Assembly (NCBI GenBank): GCA_963752035.1
Contig: CAVVWZ010000098.1
Span: 8,461 to 72,460 of the forward strand
Reading direction: 5' to 3'
Length of the DNA stretch: 64,000 nucleotides
DNA from: an uncultured delta proteobacterium
Lineage (GTDB): Bacteria > Desulfobacterota > WTBG01
Below are positions 48,798-58,192 of this stretch, in pieces. Positions within the stretch are counted from its first letter, which is position 1; each line of letters begins with the position of its first letter. Position numbers and translations under genes: made by a program. The notes under the pieces were generated by a model, which was not told where the DNA came from, ran no database searches, and saw only the letters and a list, made by a program, of their open reading frames with translations.

Positions 48798-50182
48798 TTA
48801 CTCTGGTTTTTGAAAGAGGGCACCTACATTATGAGCCCAAAAGAGGCCCAGAGGAGTAAGGGTAAAAGCATCCTGGTTGTCTTCAATAAGACCGTTCTGA
48901 ATTAAAAATGTCAGAACAGACTTGAATGTTTCGTTGATATCAATATTGTAGTGTTCGCTCAATCTCTTTGTATCCACCTTTTTACCAAACAGGATCTCTT
49001 CCGAAATACCCCAGGCAACACTAAAAGATCTGCTAAATAATCCTGCTGCAATTGCAGGAAACTCGTCTGCTTCAACGATCTGATTGTAATACTCCACGTG
49101 GGGCATGTTAAAATAGATTAAGGAACCTAAATTACCAACCGCTCCCGGTCCCAACGGAGATACAGTCCCCCTCCTGAAACCGGTGTCTGAAGTAACGGAT
49201 ACGCTCCCTGTCTGACCGGGTAAAGAAACAAAAATTCATTTGGTGAAATCCGTTTTTGGGGAGTATATCAAGAACCGCACTGTAAAACTCATACTGCTTT
49301 TTCTCATCTCCCATCTCCTGGAATTTCACCCTGCTCAATCATCTTTGACAACAAAGAATCCTTTAACGGGAACCAGATGGATGTATGCTGACCGTTTGAA
49401 CCCCGGACGTTACAGCAGTTTGCAGGTCATCTTCCCATTCCTGAAGAGTCTGGGTTGGGATATTATAAACCAGGTCAATGTTGACAAGCCCGATACTTTT
49501 CTCATGCCAGTTCAATCTTCTGAAGCACATCATCCGGATGACACTCTCTGCCAATCAGTTTTCGCAACCGGGGAGAAAAAGTTTGGACACCAAGGCTCAT
49601 TCTGTTCACCCCGCCGCACTTCAGGGCTGCCAGCATATCTTCGGTGATGTTGGCAAAGCTGGATTCGCTGGTGAATTCCACATCATCGGCAAAACGGAGG
49701 TTTTCCCGGATGGTGTTCATGAGACTCTGCATCTGACCAGGTGTCATGGTGGTGGGAGTTCCCCCTCCGAAATAAAAGGCATCAAAAGGAACTGAGTGGA
49801 GATAGGGGTAGTCACCAAACCGCCGAATGGTCTCACAGAGCACCTCAAGATAGCGGTCAAGGGCATCCTCATCCTTGAGCACTCTGAAAAATGAACAAAA
49901 CTTACAGAGCTTTTCACAAAAGGGGTGATGGATATAACCCACCCGATCACCCGGGATTGTTCTTTCATGGGTAAGTACTTCGTGTGCCTTGCTTTGAATA
50001 TCGGGGTAAGATAGGGTGGATGCAGCAAGTTGTTCAGCTACTGCATGATGGCTTATCCGCTGGGGAAATATCTCGTAGGGCTTCACCATTTCTTTGTTAT
50101 CATCTCTGAATGGCTTGCCCATCAGTTCTGATACTCTCCCCTCAGGAAAGAGAAGTATGATGCGAGGAACATTGTCGGACAT
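48798..50182 (-). pseudogene. HemN/HemW-like radical SAM enzyme broken into four ORF fragments
   Basis: Radical SAM cluster motif HPFCEKLCKFCSFF, GGGTPT, RMSLGVQTF. The sense continues KIEL | HEKSIGLVNIDLVYNIP...VSIH | PLKDSLLSKMIEQGEIPGDG | DEKKQYEFYSAVLDILPKNGFHQMNF...CISVG | PGAVGNLGS... Shifts near 49507 (+1), 49365-49385 (-1), 49309 (+1) and 49149 (+1). Confidence 0.7.
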
Positions 50183-50236
50183 TGCGTATTTGAATTTTGA
50201 GTTTATTGGGAATTTGTGCTTAGGATTTCTGATTCT

Positions 50237-50271
50237 TCATGAATCATGTATCATGCATCATGTATCATTCC
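50237..50271. repeat. Heptanucleotide tandem array
   Basis: tcatgaa/tcatgta/tcatgca/tcatgta/tcattcc, between the radical SAM start and the fabF-like stop, overlapping the stop by a few nt. Confidence 0.8.
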
Positions 50272-51551
50272 TTAAATCTGGCAACAACAAGGCTTGCGTT
50301 TTGTCCTCCAAATGCAAAGGAATTTGAGAGGACTCTTTCCACTGCACATTCTCTTGCTTGGTTGGGAACATAATCAAGATCACAGTCAGGGTCAGGAACC
50401 TCGTAATTGATGGTAGGTGGAATAATACCATTCGTAATGGTCAAAACACTTATGATGAGCTCAATCGCCCCTGCACCGGCAATGGGATGACCAATCATTG
50501 ATTTGTTGGCACAGATGGGTATTTGATAAGCAGTGTTTCCAAAAACTTTCTTTATGGAAACGGTTTCACTGCGATCATTAATCATGGTTGACGTGCCATG
50601 GGCATTAATGTGACTGATCTGCTCCGGTAAAATGCCGGCATCATCCAACGCCGATTGCATGGCTTGATCGGGCCCCCTTCCATCAGGGGGCGAATCAGTA
50701 ATCCTGTAGGCATTTGATGATGTGCCGTAACCTTTCAATTCTGCGATAATAGGGGCTCCCCGCTTTTGGGCATGGTGAAGCTCCTCCAGAATAAGGATCC
50801 CTGCCCCTTCAGCAAGAACAAACCCATTTCTCTTGAGATCGAAGGGCCTGCTGGCCTTTTTAGGCTGATCATTATTCTCAGAGAGGGCACCCAGGAGATA
50901 AAAACCGGCAACAGAGAATTCACTTAAGCAGGAATCCGTACCACCCGCAATCATAAGATCTGCATCCCCGTGTTCAATAATTCTCATGGCCTTACCTATG
51001 GCATGTGTACCGGATGCACAGGCGGTAGAAGAAGAGCTTAAAGGGCCTTGTAGATTATGCAGGATAGAAACAATGTGCGACGTCATATGGGCACATTTCC
51101 GCAAGGGCCAGATCTGCCCGAAAGATTTCGGCCGCCACAATCCCGCCACGTCTTCGGTCTCCAGAAAATGGTAAATGTCTTCCTCAACAAAGGATTCATT
51201 GAAGTTCTGAAGTGAGTTTGTTTCTTCACTTGCCCCCAGGGAAACACCAATTTTTGTTGGGTCATCTTCCTCGATCTTAAGATCTGCATTTTGTATGGCC
51301 TGCGCTGTAGCCGCGAGGCAGAATGAAGTTGCCCTTCCGGTAAATTGCTTGAGTTCTTCGGGAACAGGTATAGAAGAAAAATCAAAGTCCTTTATCTCAC
51401 CGGCTATCTGCACCGGAAAGGTTGAGGCATCAAAAAGAGTGATGTGATCAATGCCCGATTGAGCTTTTATGAGATTATCCCAGGTTGTTTCGACAGTTAT
51501 CCCCAGTGGGGTGACCATACCCATGCCGGTTACGACAACTCTTCTTGTCAT
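50265..51551 (-). CDS. fabF: Beta-ketoacyl-ACP synthase II (KAS II)
   Basis: RRVVVTGMGMVTPLG, active-site Cys in STACASGTHAIG, His motifs HGTSTMIND and GHPIAGAGAIE. 428 aa, with an insertion before the active-site Cys relative to typical FabF. Confidence 0.8.
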   Translation of the reverse strand: MTRRVVVTGMGMVTPLGITVETTWDNLIKAQSGIDHITLFDASTFPVQIAGEIKDFDFSSIPVPEELKQFTGRATSFCLAATAQAIQNADLKIEEDDPTKIGVSLGASEETNSLQNFNESFVEEDIYHFLETEDVAGLWRPKSFGQIWPLRKCAHMTSHIVSILHNLQGPLSSSSTACASGTHAIGKAMRIIEHGDADLMIAGGTDSCLSEFSVAGFYLLGALSENNDQPKKASRPFDLKRNGFVLAEGAGILILEELHHAQKRGAPIIAELKGYGTSSNAYRITDSPPDGRGPDQAMQSALDDAGILPEQISHINAHGTSTMINDRSETVSIKKVFGNTAYQIPICANKSMIGHPIAGAGAIELIISVLTITNGIIPPTINYEVPDPDCDLDYVPNQARECAVERVLSNSFAFGGQNASLVVARFKE

Positions 51552-51916
51552 AATTTAAATCCTCAGAAAATACAGAAAACTGGAAAGGTGATGCTGGATA
51601 ACAGGTAGGTGACACTGGTCACCGGCAACCACAGATATAAAGGTATCCTGTTAGAAAAAAAAGAGCATTATCATACAGGTGCAAACTCTGTATTTTTAGC
51701 TTTTTTTTGTTTTTTTTTCAACAAAATTATGTATACTAGTTTAAGTTGTACGATAGATCATTTGCAACGAGGATTACTTGCAAAAGAGTCATAAGATCAC
51801 TACGGGAGGGGGTGAAAAAAGTATTTCAGTTAAAACATGCTTGTTAGTAACCAAAGATTGAGTGGTACCTTTTCACCGCACACTACAAACCTTGAATACC
51901 AATAAGGAGGGATACC

Positions 51917-53380
51917 ATGCGGAACATATTAACCCAGATTTTTGAAGAAGTTGGCTCGTACATTCCTGAACTCCTGGGCGCCCTGGTCATTTTGATTGTC
52001 GGCTGGCTGATTGCCTTGGTACTTTCCAACATCGTCCGCAGCCTGCTTAAACGCACAGAGCTTGACAATAAGATGGTGGGTTGGGTTACCGGAGAAAAAG
52101 CACCTAATGTTGAAGAAGGAGCTGGAAGGATAGTCTTTTGGCTGATCATGATTTTTGTGCTTATTGGCTTTTTCCAGGCCTTGGGGCTTACCCTTGTTAC
52201 GGATCCTCTCAACCAGCTCATGAACCAGATTCTCAAGTACGTTCCCCAACTCTTTGGCGCAGGCATTCTACTTTTGATTGCCTGGATAGTTGCAACCGTT
52301 TTGCGTATAATTATCACAAAGGTTATGGGAGCCGCAAAGCTGGATGAGCGGGTGGGTGGTCAGATTAAAGATCAGCAGACCGTACCCCTGACCAAAACAA
52401 TCGGTGATGTGGTCTATTGGTTAATCTTTCTTCTATTTCTACCGGCGGTACTCGGCGCATTAAAGCTTCAGGGCTTGCTCGATCCGGTACAGGGTATGCT
52501 TGATAAATTTCTGGGATTCATGCCAAACCTCTTAGCTGCAGCCCTCATCGGAGTTATTGGCTGGTTTGTAGCACGCATTGTTCGACAGATAGTCACCAGT
52601 CTCCTGGCCGCCGCTGGTGGAGACCGGCTCAGTGACCGTGTTGGAATTGCTCCTCTCTCCAGAATTGTTGGCCTCACCGTTTACATACTGATCATTATTC
52701 CCGTAATTGTTGCTGCACTGAATGCACTGGCATTAGATGCCATTACCAAACCGGCCAGCAATATGCTCAACCTGATCCTGGGGGCAATCCCGGCAATTTT
52801 TGCTGCTGCAGTGGTTTTGGGTATCGCCTACATGATCGGAAAAGTCCTTACCGGATTAATTACCGACCTCTTAACGGGCATGGGGTTCAATACTATTTTA
52901 AAACGTCTCGGCATCGGTGGTGAACCCAAAGAAGGGGAACGCACTCCTTCTGAGCTGGTGGGTTATCTGGTACTGGTTACGATCATGCTGTTTGCTATTT
53001 TCGAGGCATCAAGTTTGTTGGGATTTGAATCCCTTGCCGACGTGATGAAGGAACTCACCGTCCTGGGCGGACATATTATTCTGGGATTGATAATTTTCGC
53101 CCTCGGCCTGTACCTGGCAAACCTTGCGTCTAAAACAATTCAATCAAGCAAGTCAGACCAGGCAGACCTCTTATCAACAGTTGCTCGAGTTGCGATTATT
53201 CTTTTGGCCGGTTCCATTGCACTCCGCTATACGGGCCTGGCAAATGAGATAATCAACCTTGCATTTGGACTTGTTCTGGGAGCGCTTGCCCTGGCCCTTG
53301 CCATTGCATTTGGTGTAGGGGGACGTGATATTGCAGCCAGGAAACTGGAAGAGTGGGTCAAAACAAAAGAGTCGGAATAA
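51917..53380 (+). CDS. Polytopic membrane protein built from repeated 'conserved TM helix' units (MscS-associated type)
   Basis: At least four related units: IPELLGALVILIVGWLIALVLSNIVRSLLKRTELDNKM, VPQLFGAGILLLIAWIVATVLRIIITKVMGAAKLDERV, MPNLLAAALIGVIGWFVARIVRQIVTSLLAAAGGDRLSDRV, IPAIFAAAVVLGIAYMIGKVLTGLITDLLTGMGFNTILKRL. Strong SD aaggaggg. Confidence 0.6.
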   Translation: MRNILTQIFEEVGSYIPELLGALVILIVGWLIALVLSNIVRSLLKRTELDNKMVGWVTGEKAPNVEEGAGRIVFWLIMIFVLIGFFQALGLTLVTDPLNQLMNQILKYVPQLFGAGILLLIAWIVATVLRIIITKVMGAAKLDERVGGQIKDQQTVPLTKTIGDVVYWLIFLLFLPAVLGALKLQGLLDPVQGMLDKFLGFMPNLLAAALIGVIGWFVARIVRQIVTSLLAAAGGDRLSDRVGIAPLSRIVGLTVYILIIIPVIVAALNALALDAITKPASNMLNLILGAIPAIFAAAVVLGIAYMIGKVLTGLITDLLTGMGFNTILKRLGIGGEPKEGERTPSELVGYLVLVTIMLFAIFEASSLLGFESLADVMKELTVLGGHIILGLIIFALGLYLANLASKTIQSSKSDQADLLSTVARVAIILLAGSIALRYTGLANEIINLAFGLVLGALALALAIAFGVGGRDIAARKLEEWVKTKESE

Positions 53381-53487
53381 GTGCCGGGGAACTAGACTCA
53401 TATCACTGGCATGTGAACACACATAAGAGTCATAGCTAAGATTATATATATAGCTATACAAAAAAAATCATTTTATGATAAAAAATA

Positions 53488-53516
53488 TTGACATATAAAA
53501 TTTTTATCTATACAAT
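53488..53516 (+). promoter_or_regulatory. Candidate sigma-70 promoter
   Basis: TTGACA, 17 nt, TACAAT, in the AT-rich region about 190 nt upstream of ATG 53705. Confidence 0.4.
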
Positions 53517-53704
53517 TTCTATTCAATATAGTTTTAATTGACTTACAACAGTATTTGTTGAAGGTAGAAAAAGATTATTACATCTTTTTAGGAAAAAGTA
53601 ATACATTAAGTGAGAGGGGGTGATTACTTTAACAGAAGTTTGATAAATAATTGAGAGTTATATTTAAGCTAAAGTAAATGTTCTAAAAGGAAGGAGAGGA
53701 AAAA

Positions 53705-54616
53705 ATGAAAATTCGCTTAACAGTTATGTTAACAATACTTATGCTTGTCTGCTCACTGGGTTCATTAAGCCATGCGGCAGACTGCGATGCTGGCCCCTTT
53801 GACCGTTTCATCAAACCCATATCTAATCCTGTCTATTTTGATGAAGCCCACAACCGTACCTATGTTAATATTGTTCAAATACTGCAACAACTTCCCAATA
53901 ACATCAATACCAACCTCGGTCGTTTACCCCTGGATGGAAACCTCAATGTGACTGCAACCCGTATTAACTTTGCACTTAATGACCGTTTCTCTCTGATAGC
54001 AGCCAAAGCTGGATACGTTGATTTCGACCCTGACAAGACATTAAACGGTGGCAATGGCTGGCTTGATGTAGCTGCCGGTGCTAAGTATGCATTCATTTTG
54101 GATCCGGATGATGAATTCGTCCTTTCCGGAAAAGTGCTCTTTGAATTTTCCAATGGAAGCAGGGATGTATATCAGGGTAATGGAGATGGCAACGCAGCCC
54201 CGTCGTTAACATTTCTCAAAGGTTTTGACGATTTTCAGCTTATGGGGACAGTTGGCGGCATTATACCATTTAACCACAATAAAGAAAGCACCATGTTGTT
54301 TACCAGCTGGCACATGAGTTATGCCATTGCAGAGCAGTTTTTCCCACTAGTCGAAGTAAACTATTTTCGAGTAATCAGAAATGCCAATCGCAAAGAACTC
54401 GCCGCCTCTGTTGCCCGATGGGAAGGTGGAGATGCCATCAACCTGGGATCAAACAGCGGAACTTCCCACAGAAATTTTGTTACCCTTGCACTGGGAGCCC
54501 GCTGGCGGGTATTTAAGAAGCTTGATTTTGGATTCGCCTGGGAAACCCCACTTACCTCAGCGCAGAATGGTCTCATGCTGAACCGGTACACTGTTGACTT
54601 TGTCTTCTATTTCTAA
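53705..54616 (+). CDS. Putative outer-membrane beta-barrel protein
   Basis: Signal peptide (LMLVCSLGSLSHA), alternating amphipathic strands, C-terminal ...YTVDFVFYF ending in Phe. Confidence 0.55.
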   Translation: MKIRLTVMLTILMLVCSLGSLSHAADCDAGPFDRFIKPISNPVYFDEAHNRTYVNIVQILQQLPNNINTNLGRLPLDGNLNVTATRINFALNDRFSLIAAKAGYVDFDPDKTLNGGNGWLDVAAGAKYAFILDPDDEFVLSGKVLFEFSNGSRDVYQGNGDGNAAPSLTFLKGFDDFQLMGTVGGIIPFNHNKESTMLFTSWHMSYAIAEQFFPLVEVNYFRVIRNANRKELAASVARWEGGDAINLGSNSGTSHRNFVTLALGARWRVFKKLDFGFAWETPLTSAQNGLMLNRYTVDFVFYF

Positions 54617-54666
54617 CTGTAACTGTCCTCAATGATTTAAGGGCAATAGTATAGTCCAGAGTAGCA

Positions 54667-54700
54667 AAAGGACAGGGATTTTTTTAAATCCCTGTCCTTT
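54667..54700. terminator. Bidirectional rho-independent terminator between convergent genes
   Basis: aaaggacagggattt-tttt-aaatccctgtccttt, flanked by A and T tracts on both sides. Confidence 0.7.
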
Positions 54701-54725
54701 ATTATTGCGCAAGTGGAATAAGAGA

Positions 54726-56027
54726 TTAACCGTTTTTTACCTCACCAACGATGTTTTGCTCTATACTAAAGTGTTCAAACTGCTTTATCTTTTCTGCCAA
54801 ATCAGGGCGCTCCCGTTCAATTCTTGGAAGCTGTGACTTAACAAAGCCAAAGATTACATCCGCACAGGTAAAGTGGTTTACATAACCATCCAGCATCTTC
54901 CCTTCTGTGAGGCTTAATATATAATCGAGATCACTGCCCAGGTAGCCGAAAATAAATGCCTTCCAGGTGTTTTTTAGAATTTCCGGGTTATTAAACTCAA
55001 ATGACTTCTGCCAAAAACTATTGTACCGGCCGAAGCCATCCCCATCCTTTTCAGACTCCACCACGGCCTGGACTGCCTTAAAACCGCACATGATAGCCCC
55101 CTGGTTTTCCACCTCCTGAAAAGAGGCAGCATCACTGAGAATAATTACCCTCCCCCGAGCCGGTTCCGGAATGGGGTCCCACAGGGTCCACCGGCAACCC
55201 ATTCTTTTTATCAAACGGGATCCTGAAAGCATCTCCTTAACCACGGGGTGGGAGATGAGTCGTGTTATAGCCTCTTTTACCCCCATACCACTCTTGGGTG
55301 GAGGAACTGCACCTATTTCATACACATTGCTGTACCCCTGCGTGTCCGGCTTGTGCAAGAGTGTTCCCGACACACCGTTAAAGCCGTCACCGATGAACTG
55401 TACCCAGGCATCTTCGTAGGGTATACGAACATCTGCATAGTAGTAGTGTAAAATTGGCGTCCGGATAATTATTTTCCTGTTGGTATTAAGCCCCAAAGAC
55501 TCCACTACTCTTGAATCAACACCATCAGCGGCAAGTAGGTACTTCCCCTTCACCCACTCTTGCGTGCCATCATGACGCAATAAAACTTTTACCCCGTTTT
55601 TTTGTTCCTCAACTCCAAGGCAGGTAGTTTTTCGTCGTATTTCGGCCTTGTTACGTTCAACGCTCCCGAGCAGACCTTCCAGAAGTTTTTCTTTATCTAA
55701 GACTTTACCGATAGGAGTTAGTTTCTTTCCCATAAGCAGGGAATGCCCTTGAGCAGACATCCTCACGCTCCTGTACAAATCAACAATATCTCCTGCATAA
55801 GGAATGGCAAAGTCATTACGGTGAAAAAATATAGTGTTATCCTTAAAGGTCCATCCCTCATCGTGAAAGCCCGGTTCAAGCAGCCACATTGAGCAGCATG
55901 GCCTCGTCTTTCGGGTAATGTTTTCTTTGGTTTCAACCAGCAGGACTGAAAACCCTTCACGGGTTGCATACATGGCAGCAGTGAGTCCGGCAGGTCCTGC
56001 CCCGGCAATGATCACATCGTAGGTCAC
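54726..56027 (-). CDS. FAD-dependent oxidoreductase, geranylgeranyl-reductase-like
   Basis: Dinucleotide fold YDVIIAGAGPAGLTAAMYATREGFSVLLVE and an LLAADG motif. Confidence 0.7.
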   Translation of the reverse strand: MTYDVIIAGAGPAGLTAAMYATREGFSVLLVETKENITRKTRPCCSMWLLEPGFHDEGWTFKDNTIFFHRNDFAIPYAGDIVDLYRSVRMSAQGHSLLMGKKLTPIGKVLDKEKLLEGLLGSVERNKAEIRRKTTCLGVEEQKNGVKVLLRHDGTQEWVKGKYLLAADGVDSRVVESLGLNTNRKIIIRTPILHYYYADVRIPYEDAWVQFIGDGFNGVSGTLLHKPDTQGYSNVYEIGAVPPPKSGMGVKEAITRLISHPVVKEMLSGSRLIKRMGCRWTLWDPIPEPARGRVIILSDAASFQEVENQGAIMCGFKAVQAVVESEKDGDGFGRYNSFWQKSFEFNNPEILKNTWKAFIFGYLGSDLDYILSLTEGKMLDGYVNHFTCADVIFGFVKSQLPRIERERPDLAEKIKQFEHFSIEQNIVGEVKNG

Positions 56028-56050
56028 TGATAGCTCCTCTCAGATAATTT

Positions 56051-56506
56051 TCACTCTATTACAATAGTGCCCTTGCTTATCTTTCTTTCCCGTTTTCCTG
56101 TTGCTGAATATTCCATAAATAATGTTCCGGAAGATTCAACTTTGTAGGTGAATTCCCCTTTTTCAATAAAACAGAGACTGGCTGTAGCACCCCGGGGAAT
56201 TATTGCAGAATGAAAAGCCCCATCTTTATCTATGGAAAAATTCATTGGGGAACCGCAGGCAAGAGCAACCTTCTTACCAATAAAGATTATTTCAACAGGG
56301 AACGCAGATGTGTTAACCCACACAACCGTAGTTCCAAGATTTGAAGTAAGGGAAGCGGGCTCTAATACTCTATTATTTTTTATAAAAATATTTGTTGTTG
56401 TCAGCTGCATTTCCTGCGGGACTTCTTCAGCAGCACAGGCCAAACCGGCACAACACAGGACAGTCGCTACCATGGCCAGCAAAATAATTATGCAGTTTCT
56501 TCTCAT
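56051..56506 (-). CDS. Exported small beta-rich protein, hypothetical
   Basis: Signal peptide IILLAMVATVLCCAGLACA. No family recognised. Confidence 0.45.
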   Translation of the reverse strand: MRRNCIIILLAMVATVLCCAGLACAAEEVPQEMQLTTTNIFIKNNRVLEPASLTSNLGTTVVWVNTSAFPVEIIFIGKKVALACGSPMNFSIDKDGAFHSAIIPRGATASLCFIEKGEFTYKVESSGTLFMEYSATGKRERKISKGTIVIE

Positions 56507-56531
56507 CCTACACCTCCTTATTGGTTATGTG

Positions 56532-57419
56532 CTACTGTCTAAAGTAGTCTTCCAGATACTTGGCAAAACTGCCCTGTTGGACAGAAAAAATCTCCTTCAT
56601 CTGGCTGATGTCACAGGTGCTTCCTCCGGTAAAGGCAGAAACCAATCCTCGGGCATTGTATGCCCTCCCGGTAAAGCTGTCAACCAGGCCGGCAATAATA
56701 TAAGCTACCTGTGAGGGAATAAAGAGAAAGCGCACTTTTTTACCCAGGACCTGAGAAAACAGGTCACGTAATTCCACAAAGGTGTATTCCTCTTCTCCTG
56801 CTACTTCAACTATCGCATTGGAAGCCTTTTTATTATCTATAGCATCAACCATACACCGGGCAAGGTCATCAGGAAGAATAGGTCGAACCTTTTCTTCTCT
56901 CTTCATAAACATGGGAGACCACCCACGCCTTTTGAGGCTATTTCCCAGTAAAGCAGACATATCTGTTGCCAGGGTCGTTACCCTGAAGATTGTATAATCC
57001 AAGCCGCTGATCTGCAAGAGATCTTCAACTGTTTTTTTGATCTTGCCATGCTCAAAGTCTCCAAATTTTGCAAGCCCCCAATAGCTCACAAAAATAAACT
57101 TCTTAACTTTATGCTCTTTTGCCAGCTGGATTAGATTGAGATTACCCTGGTAATCATTCTGCCAGAAATCAACGGCCTTCGGCCTCTTAAAAATTCTGGT
57201 AGTAAAACTGCTGATGACCGTCTCTGCTCCCTCCATAACTTTTGCAACAGAATCAAGATCCCGTGCATCCCCCTCATGGAGTTCAATTCCCAAATTATCT
57301 AATCCGGAGGTATCGGCATCTTTTCGAATCAAACATCTCAGGGGAAGACCCCTTTTTGCCATTTCCTCGGCAACTGCATTACCTAAAAAGCCTGTAGCTC
57401 CAATTAGTACATTCATCAT
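56532..57419 (-). CDS. NmrA-like / atypical SDR NAD(P)-binding protein
   Basis: VLIGATGFLGNAV Rossmann start; 295 aa. Confidence 0.7.
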   Translation of the reverse strand: MMNVLIGATGFLGNAVAEEMAKRGLPLRCLIRKDADTSGLDNLGIELHEGDARDLDSVAKVMEGAETVISSFTTRIFKRPKAVDFWQNDYQGNLNLIQLAKEHKVKKFIFVSYWGLAKFGDFEHGKIKKTVEDLLQISGLDYTIFRVTTLATDMSALLGNSLKRRGWSPMFMKREEKVRPILPDDLARCMVDAIDNKKASNAIVEVAGEEEYTFVELRDLFSQVLGKKVRFLFIPSQVAYIIAGLVDSFTGRAYNARGLVSAFTGGSTCDISQMKEIFSVQQGSFAKYLEDYFRQ

Positions 57420-57509
57420 CTACTCCGAAAACGCCAGTCCAATGCAATACATACGGTAATTGTATATAAAGGGTATAAGTCCTGCCTCATAAAAAATCAA
57501 GACATTTAT

Positions 57510-57568
57510 AAAAAAACAACCCGGAGTGACACTGGTCGACATTTTGCGACCATATGATCAGCCGGGTT
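57510..57568 (-). terminator. Branched hairpin plus T run, candidate terminator of the clp / DUF1844 unit
   Basis: Minus strand: aacccgg ... (inner ggtcg/cgacc stem) ... ccgggtt, then g and seven T. Confidence 0.4.
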
Positions 57569-57685
57569 AACAATGCTTCCGGACTTCGTTATGCAGAAAA
57601 ATATTAAAACGTTCCGGGCAGTTTGAAAAGTACCAATACGCTAATTCATATAAAGGAAGATGGCAGATAGGATAGGCAACAAAGA

Positions 57686-58108
57686 TCAGCTCTTTTTACA
57701 TTCCTGAACATATTTCAATCGCAGGTCATGCAAGAGGTGATCAAGCAGTTGCTCTTCATCTTTGGTAAGATTACCGTTTGTCTTCTCTTTTAGGATAGCG
57801 AGAATATCGATAGTCTGTTTGGCCATGGGCAAATTGCGTTCTTTCTTACCACTGACAGGGTCGGCAATATCCCCAAAGTGGAGCAGTACTGAACTGCTGA
57901 TAGATAATACAAATGAGGCAAAATTTATCTCAGGCAGGGGCATAGATTCACCCTGTGCGGATTGGTCAGTAGCAGTTTCGGTTTTATCATCAGCCTTTGT
58001 GTCCTCCAGGGGAGTATCCGTTTCCGGTTTAGACTCACCTTCAGTATTAAACTGTCTCTTATCCCTGATAACAAAACCCTTCCCTTCTACGTTTTTTTCC
58101 TCACTCAT
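57686..58108 (-). CDS. DUF1844-domain protein
   Basis: ATG 58108 follows gaaggagagatt. Core LPEINFASFVLSISSSVLLHFGDIADPVSGKKERNLPMAKQTIDILAILKEKTNGNL. Confidence 0.65.
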   Translation of the reverse strand: MSEEKNVEGKGFVIRDKRQFNTEGESKPETDTPLEDTKADDKTETATDQSAQGESMPLPEINFASFVLSISSSVLLHFGDIADPVSGKKERNLPMAKQTIDILAILKEKTNGNLTKDEEQLLDHLLHDLRLKYVQECKKS

Positions 58109-58192
58109 AATCTCTCCTTCAAAAAGAAAGGATAGTGACATTCCTCCTCACCTTATTCTCACACCACAAAGGTTGAGTAAGGAAGCATGTCA

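Noticed and set aside
51609-51620. 12-mer gtgacactggtc shared between 51609 and 57527
   Set aside because: With roughly 2e9 position pairs in 64 kb and 4^12 possible 12-mers, on the order of a hundred such matches are expected by chance.
51679-51730. atacag...ctgtat hairpin followed by a long T-rich tract, as a possible attenuator in the leader of the 51917 gene
   Set aside because: The stem is only 6-7 AT-rich bp with a 9-nt loop. It lies about 190 nt before the ATG in a divergent promoter region. Too weak to call.
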